A stretch of 64,000 nucleotides of DNA. It comes from Patescibacteria group bacterium (lineage in GTDB: Bacteria > Patescibacteriota > Patescibacteriia > Veblenbacterales > UBA10138). Below the pieces are notes generated by a model. The model had not been told where the DNA came from. It ran no database searches and saw only the letters and a list, made by a program, of their open reading frames with translations. Of this stretch, positions 49,910 through 59,502 are shown piece by piece; the stretch's first letter is position 1; each line of letters begins with the position of its first letter. The position numbers and the translations under genes are program-made. Location of the stretch: assembly GCA_043823825.1 (NCBI GenBank), contig JBDRTU010000026.1, positions 43 to 64,042 of the forward strand. The letters run 5' to 3'.

Positions 49910-50950
49910 TTAAATAACCCGTTCAACTAAGAACAAAATTACGCCAATTACCGACATCACCGCTGCAATTACCCAAAAACGCATAACAATTTTAGGTTCG
50001 GGCCAACCAATCGCTTCTAAATGATGGTGTAAGGGGGTAGAGAGAAAAACTTTTTTACCCCTTATTTTCCTGGACAAAACCTGAATAATCACTGACAAAG
50101 CTTCTAAAACAAATAGCAAACCAATAACTGGCAACAACCAAACGGCATTCGTCAGCATGGCTACCACTCCTAAAGTAACTCCTAGCGACATCGCACCAGT
50201 ATCGCCCATAAAAAAACGAGCTGGATTAATATTAAACCAAAGGAACGCTAATAAAGCGCCGGCGATAACGCCACAAAAAGCAGCTAGATCAACTTTACCT
50301 AAACTAAAAGCAATAGCGCCATATGCGGCAAAAGCAGCTAGTAGTGTACCACCCGCTAAACCATCTAAACCGTCTATCTCATTTACGGAAAAAGAAGTAG
50401 CTACAATGATAAAAATAAAAAGCGGTACATACCACCAACCAATATCAATATTGCCGACCAATGGTAAATACAAACTAGTCCAATCCAACTTATAGTAAAA
50501 CCACCAGGCGCCTACTACCGCTATCAAAGTATAAATAATCAGCTTGTAACGCATCCGTATGCCTCCGCCTTTCGGCCCAATTCCTTTAACATTGAACCAA
50601 TCATCAATTAAGCCAACAATAGCTGAGGCAACTAAAGCACCAAGAGGGAGTAGTGTTTCACTCCGGCTAAAAAAATTAAGCATGGATGGCAGAAAACCTA
50701 ATTCAGTTAAATAAAAAAATAGTAAAGCCAATACTAAAGTGGTTAACCACACTAAAATACCACCCATAGTTGGTGTGCCTTGCTTGGATTGGTGTAAACG
50801 CGACATTATAGGCGCAGAACCCTCATCACGAATCTTTTTACCCAAATGGTATTTATAAAGCCAATGCGTTAATAAAGGCGTTGCTATAAAAGCCACCACA
50901 AACGAGGTAGTAGTTAAGACTAGTATTTTTACCACTGATATAATATCCAT
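49910..50950 (-). CDS. mraY: Phospho-MurNAc-pentapeptide transferase
   Basis: GTPTMGG, DGLDGL, FMGDTGA, PLHHHLE. Confidence 0.96.
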   Translation of the reverse strand: MDIISVVKILVLTTTSFVVAFIATPLLTHWLYKYHLGKKIRDEGSAPIMSRLHQSKQGTPTMGGILVWLTTLVLALLFFYLTELGFLPSMLNFFSRSETLLPLGALVASAIVGLIDDWFNVKGIGPKGGGIRMRYKLIIYTLIAVVGAWWFYYKLDWTSLYLPLVGNIDIGWWYVPLFIFIIVATSFSVNEIDGLDGLAGGTLLAAFAAYGAIAFSLGKVDLAAFCGVIAGALLAFLWFNINPARFFMGDTGAMSLGVTLGVVAMLTNAVWLLPVIGLLFVLEALSVIIQVLSRKIRGKKVFLSTPLHHHLEAIGWPEPKIVMRFWVIAAVMSVIGVILFLVERVI

Positions 50951-50973
50951 AAATTATTTTATCAAACCAATCA

Positions 50974-51351
50974 CTAGCTATTAAAAACAACTAATAAAAA
51001 AATTAACCAAGCTAAAGCTAAATTAGCCATTACGGCCAACCAAAGAAAAGTAAAGCGCATAGTTATACTATATCTACCAACCAGGTAACCCAAAATAATA
51101 TTTACTATAAGTATAAGTAACCCCGTCAATGGAGGCAAGAAAATATAATACCAGGGGGCAACCCAATTAGCTCCCACATAAATTGAATACCTAATTGTTA
51201 AAAAATTATCACCCAACTCTAATTGCCAGTAAGGCAACCACCAACTTACTAGGTTAAGAATAAGACTTACCACTATCAGTGCTAAGGTATTGGGCGAACG
51301 ACAAAATGATCGCCATGCAAAACTAGTAGATGCTCCTAAAGTTGTAATCAT
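50974..51351 (-). CDS. Hypothetical 3-TM membrane protein
   Basis: Hydrophobic ORF directly upstream of mraY. Confidence 0.7.
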   Translation of the reverse strand: MITTLGASTSFAWRSFCRSPNTLALIVVSLILNLVSWWLPYWQLELGDNFLTIRYSIYVGANWVAPWYYIFLPPLTGLLILIVNIILGYLVGRYSITMRFTFLWLAVMANLALAWLIFLLVVFNS

Positions 51352-51551
51352 ACTGCCCTTTGATTTTAATCTGTCAAGCGCTCAATGGCAAACTTTAAGG
51401 AAAGATAAGTAACTTCTATCAATGTATCAGATTATTGAGCCAAGCTTAAAGCAGTGTTATACTAAACTTGACAGCCAACCAAGATTTACCATTAAAATAT
51501 ACTACCCGAACACTGCCAGATACTAAAATTTTAAACCAAAGCGGACCAGAT

Positions 51552-53279
51552 ATGATCAAACAAGACAAAATCATTAAAGCGCTGGTAGTAAGTAACACTA
51601 TCAAGCCAGACCAACTTAAAAAAATCCAAATGCAGGCTAAAACAAAAAAGCTATCGTTGGAAGAGTATTTGGTTAATCAAAAAATAATTAGCGAGAGTAA
51701 ATTGTATGAGCTGGTTGCCAAAGAGCTAGGTCTGCCTTTTGTTGATCTTAAAAACACAGTAATTCGCAAAGATATATTACTAACTATTCCCGAGCCAATT
51801 GCTCAAACCCATAACATTATTGCTTTTAATAAAGATAAAGAAAGTATAAAAGTTGCGACCCTTGACCCAGAGGATCTACAAACTTTTGAGTTTATTGAAA
51901 AAAAATTCGGTACTAAAATTATAATTCATCTCACAACGCCTTCTGCTATTAAAGACGTTATTAAACAATACCATAAAAGTCTACAAGCGGAATTTGAAGC
52001 CTTAACTAAAGAAGAGATAGCTAAAGAAGAATCAACAGGCGAAAAGCTGCAACGATTAGCTGAAGACATTCCTGTTGTCAGAATGGTTGATACTTTGCTT
52101 GAATATGCAATTTTTGAACGAGCTTCTGATATTCATATTGAACCAACTGACACTGATGTAATCGTGCGTTATCGGATTGATGGCCTACTACGCGACGTTA
52201 TGACTTTACCCAAGAACGTCCAGTCTGGCTTGGTAGCCCGTATAAAAATATTATCCAGCCTTAAGTTAGATGAACACCGCTTACCGCAAGACGGGCGCTT
52301 TAAAATCAAAACCAAAGATTATGAAGTCTCTTTTCGTGTTTCTATTATTCCTGTGTTCAATGGTGAAAAAATTGTTATGCGCTTACTGCAGGAGTCAGGG
52401 CAGATTTTAACTTTGGAGCAATTAGGTTTGGATGAGCAACCTCTGCAAGTGGTAAAACGAAATATTGATAAACCTCACGGCATGATCCTAGTTACTGGGC
52501 CCACTGGGTCTGGTAAAACTACTACTCTTTATTCAATAATGCATATTCTTAATAAGCCAGAGGTTAATATTTCCACTATTGAGGACCCTATTGAATACCG
52601 TATGCCTCGCATTAATCAAAGTCAAGTTAACCCCCGTATTGGTTTTACTTTTGCCAACGGGCTTCGTTCGCTCTTAAGACAGGACCCTGATATTATTATG
52701 GTTGGCGAAATTCGTGATACAGAAACCGCTGAAATCGCCATTCATTCTGCCATGACCGGCCATTTAGTACTATCAACTTTACACACTAATGATGCAGTTG
52801 GTACTTTACCAAGATTATCACAAATGGGTATCCCCTCTTTCTTAATATCTTCCACCGTCAATGTTGTAGTCGCTCAACGATTAATGCGCAAACTTTGTCA
52901 GGAGTGTAAAGTATCTTACCATCTATCAAAAAGTAATGTTAACGAATTATCGCAGAAAATAGACATTGATTCAATCAACAAAAGTCTATCTTCTTTAAAG
53001 GTGCTTAAAGGTAACGAAAAACTGGAGCAGCTATCTTTTTATCACTCGCAAGGCTGCAAACAATGCAATAATCAAGGTTATAAAGGTCGGGTGGGAATTT
53101 ATGAAGTATTGGAAGTAACGCCAGCCATAGCCGAGTTAATTCTAAGTAATAGTGCCGTAGAAAAACTGCAGAGCAAAGCGATTGAGCAAGGCATGATACC
53201 ATTGCTGATTGACGGTTTTTATAAAGCTATTAAAGGACTAACTAGTATAGAAGAAATACTACGAGTAACCAAAGAGTAA
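51552..53279 (+). CDS. pilB: Type IV pilus assembly ATPase PilB/GspE (start likely ATG 51552)
   Basis: ASDIHIEP, PQDGRF, GPTGSGKTT, LRQDPDIIMVGEIRD, two CxxC motifs. Confidence 0.93.
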   Translation: MIKQDKIIKALVVSNTIKPDQLKKIQMQAKTKKLSLEEYLVNQKIISESKLYELVAKELGLPFVDLKNTVIRKDILLTIPEPIAQTHNIIAFNKDKESIKVATLDPEDLQTFEFIEKKFGTKIIIHLTTPSAIKDVIKQYHKSLQAEFEALTKEEIAKEESTGEKLQRLAEDIPVVRMVDTLLEYAIFERASDIHIEPTDTDVIVRYRIDGLLRDVMTLPKNVQSGLVARIKILSSLKLDEHRLPQDGRFKIKTKDYEVSFRVSIIPVFNGEKIVMRLLQESGQILTLEQLGLDEQPLQVVKRNIDKPHGMILVTGPTGSGKTTTLYSIMHILNKPEVNISTIEDPIEYRMPRINQSQVNPRIGFTFANGLRSLLRQDPDIIMVGEIRDTETAEIAIHSAMTGHLVLSTLHTNDAVGTLPRLSQMGIPSFLISSTVNVVVAQRLMRKLCQECKVSYHLSKSNVNELSQKIDIDSINKSLSSLKVLKGNEKLEQLSFYHSQGCKQCNNQGYKGRVGIYEVLEVTPAIAELILSNSAVEKLQSKAIEQGMIPLLIDGFYKAIKGLTSIEEILRVTKE

Positions 53280-53286
53280 TCATCTT

Positions 53287-54501
53287 ATGAAATTTTCCTA
53301 CAGCGCAAGAACTAAGACTGGAGAAATTAAACAAGGAGAAGTAGACCTTGCTTCCGAGTCTCAACTAGCTGACTACTTGCGTAATCGGGATTTACTATTA
53401 ACTAAAGCTACAGCGCAAACTGAGGAGGCTAAACATAAAACTTTGAAAGCTATTTTAAATTGGCAGCGGATTAGAGCGATTGATAAGATTTTCTTTACTC
53501 AAAACCTACACGTAATGCTTAAGGCTGGTTTAACTGTTACAGCTTCTCTTAAAACCTTAGCAGAGCAAACTTCCAACAAACGCTTTAAAAATATTCTTGA
53601 AGAAATAAGGCTTAATGTGGAAAAAGGTCTTACTTTATCCGACGCCTTAAGCTCATATCCGAAAGTTTTTTCTGAGCTCTTTATTAATATGGTACGCGCG
53701 GGCGAAAAAAGTGGTAAACTAGAAGAAGTACTTGTGCAAATTACCAACCAGCTCCGTAAAAGTCATAGTTTGATTAGTAAAGTGCGTGGCGCCTTAACCT
53801 ATCCCACTATTGTCATTATTGCTATGGTAGGAATCGGCATCACTATGATTGTCTTTGTCATCCCTCAAATCACTGCGATTTTTAAAGAGGTTGATGCTGC
53901 CCTACCATTGCCTACGCGTGTATTAATCAAAACCAGTGAAATTGTAGTAACTCAAGGACTTTGGTTAATTTTAGCAGCGATTCTCTTGATTGTCGGGTTC
54001 ATTTACGCGATTCACACTGTTCGAGGTAAAAAAGTTTGGCACACCCTACTACTTAAACTTCCCTTAGTTAATAATATCTTTAAACAAATCAATCTTGCAA
54101 AATTTTCACGAACCTTTTCCTCGCTTTTAAAAACAGATATACCAATTGTTCAAACCTTTCAAATTACTGCCACCACCCTAGGTAATGTTCGCTACCGCCA
54201 ACTGGTGCTAGAGGCTGCTAATCAAGTAAAAAGCGGTACTGCTGTGTCCCAGGCCATTGGAACTAATCACCAACTCTTTCCTCCTTTAGTTATCCAAATG
54301 GTTTCAGTGGGCGAAGAAACCGGTACTTTAGACTCGGTGCTAGACGAATTAGCAAACTTCTACGAGGAGGAAGTTGACCGCATAATGAATAACCTTTCCA
54401 CTATTATTGAGCCGGTCCTAATGTTAATTCTTGGTACCGCTGTTGGTTTCTTCGCTGTTTCAATTATTTTGCCAATGTACAGCCTAACTGAACAAATATA
54501 A
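53287..54501 (+). CDS. pilC: Type IV pilus platform protein PilC/GspF
   Basis: AGEKSGKL, ALTYP, LPLPT, VGEETGTLD, IIEP. Confidence 0.93.
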   Translation: MKFSYSARTKTGEIKQGEVDLASESQLADYLRNRDLLLTKATAQTEEAKHKTLKAILNWQRIRAIDKIFFTQNLHVMLKAGLTVTASLKTLAEQTSNKRFKNILEEIRLNVEKGLTLSDALSSYPKVFSELFINMVRAGEKSGKLEEVLVQITNQLRKSHSLISKVRGALTYPTIVIIAMVGIGITMIVFVIPQITAIFKEVDAALPLPTRVLIKTSEIVVTQGLWLILAAILLIVGFIYAIHTVRGKKVWHTLLLKLPLVNNIFKQINLAKFSRTFSSLLKTDIPIVQTFQITATTLGNVRYRQLVLEAANQVKSGTAVSQAIGTNHQLFPPLVIQMVSVGEETGTLDSVLDELANFYEEEVDRIMNNLSTIIEPVLMLILGTAVGFFAVSIILPMYSLTEQI

Positions 54502-54504
54502 TTT

Positions 54505-55572
54505 ATGTTGTTTAATTCCCAACTCAATATTATTGGCCTTGATATTAGTGAGCGATCATTGAAAGCTTTCCAGTTTAGTAAGGGTTTCCAGGGCCGTTGT
54601 AAATTACAAGCGGCTAGTGATGTGGAGCTTGTAAGTGGAATTATTAAAGATGGACAAATTGTAGAACCTGAAAATATGGTACAGGCAATAAAACAATTAT
54701 TAGCATACCCCAAAAAAGGGAACTTCATCGGTCATCATGTTGTTGCCTGTTTACCGGAAACCAAAACCTTTATTAAAATGATTGATATCCCACCAATGTC
54801 TCGCGAAGAAATTGCCGAAGCGATAAAATGGGAAGCTGAACATCATATACCTATACCGATCGCAGAAACATATTGGGATTGGGAGTTGGTAAAAAAAAGA
54901 GCTGACGAAAAACGTTTACCAATCTTATTAGGAGTAGCGCCAAAAGAACTAGTTGATAATTATACCCAAGTACTTAATGATGCAAATCTGGTAACAGTGG
55001 CTTTAGAAATAGAGGCTATGTCACTAGTTCGCTCCTTGATAAATAATGCTAACGAGCAAAGAAATGAAGCAACGATGATTATAGATCTAGGTTATAGCAG
55101 AACTAGTTTATGTGTTTACGATCGTGACACCATCCAGTTTACCGTTAACGTACCAATCTCAGGTAGCAAAATGACTCAAGAAATATCTAAAACTTTAAGC
55201 TTAACTGAAGTAGAGGCAGAAAAGGCTAAAATAATTTGCGGTTTTGATCCTAAAAAATGCCGTGGCGCTATGCAACAAATACTCAACCGCGAAATTGATC
55301 ATTTGATTAAGAGAATTAAGGAAACATTTAGTTTTTACCATGAACACTTTCCTCAAAGTGACCCAATAAAAAAAATTACCCTTTGTGGGGGAGGCGCCAA
55401 CTTTAAATTGATTGATTCTTACTTAGCTCAAGCTTTAGATATGAAAGTGGTACGTGGCAATCCTTGGTGTAATATCTTGGGCCTCGCTCCGCCTTTTAGT
55501 TCATCTATTATGCTGTCTTATACTACTGCCATTGGCCTAGCTTTAAGGCCGGTAGCGATTACTTATGCTTAA
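54505..55572 (+). CDS. pilM: Type IV pilus assembly protein PilM
   Basis: IGLDIS, EAEHHIP, IIDLG, LCGGGA, AIGLALR. Confidence 0.92.
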   Translation: MLFNSQLNIIGLDISERSLKAFQFSKGFQGRCKLQAASDVELVSGIIKDGQIVEPENMVQAIKQLLAYPKKGNFIGHHVVACLPETKTFIKMIDIPPMSREEIAEAIKWEAEHHIPIPIAETYWDWELVKKRADEKRLPILLGVAPKELVDNYTQVLNDANLVTVALEIEAMSLVRSLINNANEQRNEATMIIDLGYSRTSLCVYDRDTIQFTVNVPISGSKMTQEISKTLSLTEVEAEKAKIICGFDPKKCRGAMQQILNREIDHLIKRIKETFSFYHEHFPQSDPIKKITLCGGGANFKLIDSYLAQALDMKVVRGNPWCNILGLAPPFSSSIMLSYTTAIGLALRPVAITYA

Positions 55573-56101
55573 ATTAAATCTAATCAGTCCTGAACAAAAA
55601 AAATACCTGCGTATGGAGCTTATTTATCTATCGCTACGGGCTGTAATTTGGTTAGTTTTAATCTTTACTCTAGTTATGGCGGCTACCTTTTTATCAGCTC
55701 GTATCATGTTAGAGGAAAATAATGCTACTTTGATTACCGAATCTACTTTGGTTACTCAACGAAATTTAAGTATTGACCGAGAGGTAGCAACTATTAATTC
55801 TTCTTTAAAAGAGATTGCCTCTATCCAAAAAGATTTTGTTAAGTGGTCGGCATTTTTAGTCAACTTTACCGCTATTATCCCTCCAAACGTTACCATTAAT
55901 TCATTAGCTCTCGAAAAGGGAGCTCAGTCTTTAACTTTGCAGGGCACGGCCGCCACCAGAGACGAATTTCTCTTACTGAAAAATAACTTAGAGCAACTCC
56001 CTTATTTAAGTGAGGTTAATAGTCCAATTACTAATTTGCTTCTTAAACAAAATTTAGATTTTCAATTTACTGCCAAAATTAATTTTGATCTTCTACCCTA
56101 G
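55565..56101 (+). CDS. pilN: PilN-like protein
   Basis: N-terminal LNLI motif, TM, coiled coil; follows pilM. Confidence 0.8.
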   Translation: MLKLNLISPEQKKYLRMELIYLSLRAVIWLVLIFTLVMAATFLSARIMLEENNATLITESTLVTQRNLSIDREVATINSSLKEIASIQKDFVKWSAFLVNFTAIIPPNVTINSLALEKGAQSLTLQGTAATRDEFLLLKNNLEQLPYLSEVNSPITNLLLKQNLDFQFTAKINFDLLP

Positions 56102-56108
56102 GATTAAT

Positions 56109-56675
56109 ATGCTTTCTCACACCAGCAAACCTCAGCATAAAATAACAGCTAGTTTGGTAACCACTCTAGTAATAGTTATTGCTTTAGTTGCTTTTATCAT
56201 TTGGCCCAGCTTTACCCGAATCAAAGAGTTGCGCGGCAATATTATGGATCAGCGCGTTGAATTAGAAAGAATTTATCTACAAGGACAAAGTTTAAAAAAA
56301 ACTGTTGAGCAGTATCAAGAAATTAAATCAACTATTTCTCTGCTTAATAGTGTCTATATTAAAGAGGGGAAAGAACTAGCATTAATCGAATCCTTAGAAC
56401 AATTAGCTGAACAACAATCTATTGATCAAGATATCAAACTGGCCACTATTGATCCTAATAAAAATCAGGGTAAGCTTCTACCATTACAATTAACAATCAC
56501 TGGCAATTTTAATGATTTAATAACTTATCTGGCTGGCTTAGAAAGTCTGAGTTATTACTTAAATATTACCACTCTAAGAATCTCGGCTGGATCTTCTTTA
56601 GGTACCCAATTTAATAACACTAACAATACTTCCATCACCGCTTTACTAGTGGCTAATTCTTATTACGAACCATGA
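56109..56675 (+). CDS. pilO: PilO-like protein (start likely ATG 56109)
   Basis: TM, coiled coil, LTITGNF..L..YL..LE; position in operon. Confidence 0.75.
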   Translation: MLSHTSKPQHKITASLVTTLVIVIALVAFIIWPSFTRIKELRGNIMDQRVELERIYLQGQSLKKTVEQYQEIKSTISLLNSVYIKEGKELALIESLEQLAEQQSIDQDIKLATIDPNKNQGKLLPLQLTITGNFNDLITYLAGLESLSYYLNITTLRISAGSSLGTQFNNTNNTSITALLVANSYYEP

Positions 56676-57004
56676 TGTTTAAATTTTTCGCTACCATTAA
56701 AAAAATCCCTCCAACACTACTTTATAAACTGGTGCCAATAGTTATTATTCTAGCTATCCTTGTTGCATTAGGCTGGTCTGTTATTTTTTTATACTTAAAC
56801 TTTTACCAAACGCTTACCCAAGCTGAAGAGGTTTCAATATTGCGTAGCCAAGTATCTTTAAGGACAATAAATCTGAAACTTTATGATCAAGTTTTCTCTG
56901 CATTAGCGCATAAAAAGGAATTTGATGCTGAAAAACTAAAAAATCTTAACAACCCTTTTGCTCGTAAAAGCACTCGGGCCTCAACGCCACTAACAGATCA
57001 TTAA
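56672..57004 (+). CDS. Hypothetical bitopic protein ending the pil operon
   Basis: Overlapping start, TM helix, NPF motif. Confidence 0.7.
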   Translation: MMFKFFATIKKIPPTLLYKLVPIVIILAILVALGWSVIFLYLNFYQTLTQAEEVSILRSQVSLRTINLKLYDQVFSALAHKKEFDAEKLKNLNNPFARKSTRASTPLTDH

Positions 57005-57035
57005 GAGAGATGAATCATTAATCTAAACTATAATT

Positions 57036-57072
57036 TTAAAAACAAACCAATTTTTAAAGGTTTGTTTTTTTT
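57036..57072. terminator. Bidirectional terminator
   Basis: AAAAACAAACC...GGTTTGTTTTT between convergent genes. Confidence 0.6.
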
Positions 57073-57088
57073 AATAATTAACATTTAT

Positions 57089-57328
57089 TTAAACCGGCTC
57101 AACTTGTTTTACTTGCGGCAGTTCTTTTTTTAATGCCTCTTCCAAACCATATTTTAAAGTTATTTGAGAAATACTGCAGGTGGCACAAGCGCCCTGTAAA
57201 CTAACTTTTACCACGCCAGTCTTTGTATCCCAGTTAACAAATGTAATATGACCGCCGTGCCCAGCTATATAAGGCTCGGACTGCGCCAATACTGATTTAA
57301 TTTTATTAACAATCGCTTGCTTAGTCAT
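57089..57328 (-). CDS. Stand-alone Nfu/NifU C-terminal domain Fe-S carrier
   Basis: PYIAGHGG, V.LQGACATC..S..TLK.G.E. Confidence 0.9.
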   Translation of the reverse strand: MTKQAIVNKIKSVLAQSEPYIAGHGGHITFVNWDTKTGVVKVSLQGACATCSISQITLKYGLEEALKKELPQVKQVEPV

Positions 57329-57380
57329 AATATAATAATATCACATGGCTATCCACTACTTACAACTTAGATTAAATACC

Positions 57381-57971
57381 TTATTCACTATACGGAATAC
57401 TCCCCCGATCCCCTAGCTTAAAAACAATATCATCGCAATCATAGGCATTAATCCCAACTTTATTAGGCCCAAAAGAAATAATGGCTACAATAGCCTTTTC
57501 TTCTGTTTTTCCCGGACAACCATGAAAGCGGTAATAATCAGGATCAAACAAATAAGGCATGCCCCATGGATCTTTAGTAAATGATAAATAAGGCCCATTC
57601 CAGGCTGCGACATCACTATTGGTCCAAGTACATTCCCCGCCCGACCTACCGTCGCCGTCGTCTGTTTCAGGCCTAGGTGCCTGGGCACTAACCAGTCCTG
57701 ACTGCCTTTCATTAATACTTACTTCAGGATCAAATACTTCACCTGGCAAACAACCATTAGGCCATTTGCCAGTGTCGTTTTCTAATAAATAAATGGCAGT
57801 AGAAATCTGCTTCATATCAGCTCGAGTTAGTATTTCATAAACCCGACTACGCACTTCTTGCAAACCCCCCATTTGAATAGTTGCTAAAATTGCGATGATT
57901 CCCAGCACTACCAGCAGTTCCACTATTGAAAAACCCTTAATCTGGGTTACTTTATTATGCTTACCTAGCAT
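57381..57971 (-). CDS. Type IV pilin or GspG-like pseudopilin (start likely ATG 57971)
   Basis: KG|FSIVELLVVLGII cleavage site, WNGPYL, DPWGMPY, SFGPN. Confidence 0.85.
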   Translation of the reverse strand: MLGKHNKVTQIKGFSIVELLVVLGIIAILATIQMGGLQEVRSRVYEILTRADMKQISTAIYLLENDTGKWPNGCLPGEVFDPEVSINERQSGLVSAQAPRPETDDGDGRSGGECTWTNSDVAAWNGPYLSFTKDPWGMPYLFDPDYYRFHGCPGKTEEKAIVAIISFGPNKVGINAYDCDDIVFKLGDRGSIPYSE

Positions 57972-58058
57972 AACTCTATTGTAACTCAATTTGATGTTAA
58001 AAAAAATCATGACTGCTAGCAGACAAATCAAGAATAATGTTATAATTCACTTAAGTCT

Positions 58059-59354
58059 ATGGAAAATCTTCAGCGCTGGTCCAAATACTACCTAAAGATA
58101 AGTTATCTCTTTATAATATTGGCGGTTTTGATTTTTGGTATTGCGGCTGGTTTTAGCTATGGTTTAAAAATTCAATCACCTCCCGGTAGCGATCCTCATC
58201 AAACTTTCTTACTGGAAATCTATGATCAGGTTAAGGCAAACTATTGGGGCGATTTAACAGACGAGCAACTGACCAATTCCTTTAGATTAGCTGCTGAGAA
58301 ATTAACCGGTAAAAAACAAACCTTAAAAACCCCTAATCGCCGTGGGTTGCAAAGCATGCTTGAGGATATTATTGCTCCCCTGCCGCCTGATCAGAAAAAA
58401 GAAATTGCCATTAACATCGGCGACATCGTCTTGGCTAATTTAACACCCTTTGGCCGCAGCCGCTTATACACTTCAAAAAAAGAACAGGCCTTACAAGATA
58501 CTATTAGCAATGTGGATCAGAATACTGATTTATATCAGGTGTTGGGTGTTTCAACTTCGGCTGATCAAAATGAGATAACCCGGGCGTATGAGGAAAAAAA
58601 GTCAGAATACGCCGCTAATGACTCGTCCGAAGCCAAAGAAAAGATGGCTACCCTCTCTCGCGCTTATGAGGCTTTGGGTAATGAATTTTCCAAACAACGT
58701 TATGATCAAGTAAAAGCAGAGCCAACCGTGGTGTCTCGCCTGCTAACGCCCGATATTATATATTTACAAATTAAAAAAATTGCTCCGGCAACGCCAGCTG
58801 AATTCAAAAAATGGGCTGATGATTTAAATAATAAACCGCCGCCAACCTCCCTAATTATTGATTTACGAAATAATCTGGGTGGAGACCTAGATACCCTGCC
58901 GATATTCACTGGCTTTTGGCTGGGCCAAAACCAATACGCTTTTGAATTGTTTAAACAAGGCGAAGCTAAACCCATCAAAACTACTACTGCATCGCTCCCT
59001 GCTTTATTGGATTTCAAAAAAAATGTAGTTTTAATTAACAATGAAACAAAATCTTCAGCCGAGGTGTTGGCAGCCATGCTAAAAAAATATAATCTGGCAG
59101 TAATAGTGGGAGACAAAACTAAAGGTTGGGGCACGGTAGAAAGCTTTTATCAGCTTAAAACCCAATTTAATCAAGATGAAACTTACAGCATATTAATGGT
59201 GCATAGCGTTACTCTCCGAGATGATGGTCAGCCAATTGAAAGCCGCGGTGTAGAGCCAGACATTAAAATAACCGACACTAACTGGGAGAAAAAACTGCTA
59301 GAATATTACAACTACCAACCATTAATAGACGCTGTAAAGCAAGTAATAAATTAA
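58059..59354 (+). CDS. Membrane-anchored S41-family peptidase with internal J-domain-like insert
   Basis: LIIDLRNNLGG, VLINNETKSSAE, GDKTKGWGTV, GVEPDI; DLYQVLGV...AYEAL...RYD insert. Confidence 0.8.
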   Translation: MENLQRWSKYYLKISYLFIILAVLIFGIAAGFSYGLKIQSPPGSDPHQTFLLEIYDQVKANYWGDLTDEQLTNSFRLAAEKLTGKKQTLKTPNRRGLQSMLEDIIAPLPPDQKKEIAINIGDIVLANLTPFGRSRLYTSKKEQALQDTISNVDQNTDLYQVLGVSTSADQNEITRAYEEKKSEYAANDSSEAKEKMATLSRAYEALGNEFSKQRYDQVKAEPTVVSRLLTPDIIYLQIKKIAPATPAEFKKWADDLNNKPPPTSLIIDLRNNLGGDLDTLPIFTGFWLGQNQYAFELFKQGEAKPIKTTTASLPALLDFKKNVVLINNETKSSAEVLAAMLKKYNLAVIVGDKTKGWGTVESFYQLKTQFNQDETYSILMVHSVTLRDDGQPIESRGVEPDIKITDTNWEKKLLEYYNYQPLIDAVKQVIN

Positions 59355-59502
59355 CCAGCGTACGCTCATTAGCCCTTTCTTTATATTATATAAAGGGTCA
59401 TTTGTTTTGCTCGGATTGACAAATTACCCTATTTAAGATAAAAGTAAAGTAATTAAAAAAACAAAAAAAGCACTTTTACATCAATTTATAAGAGGTGATT
59501 TT

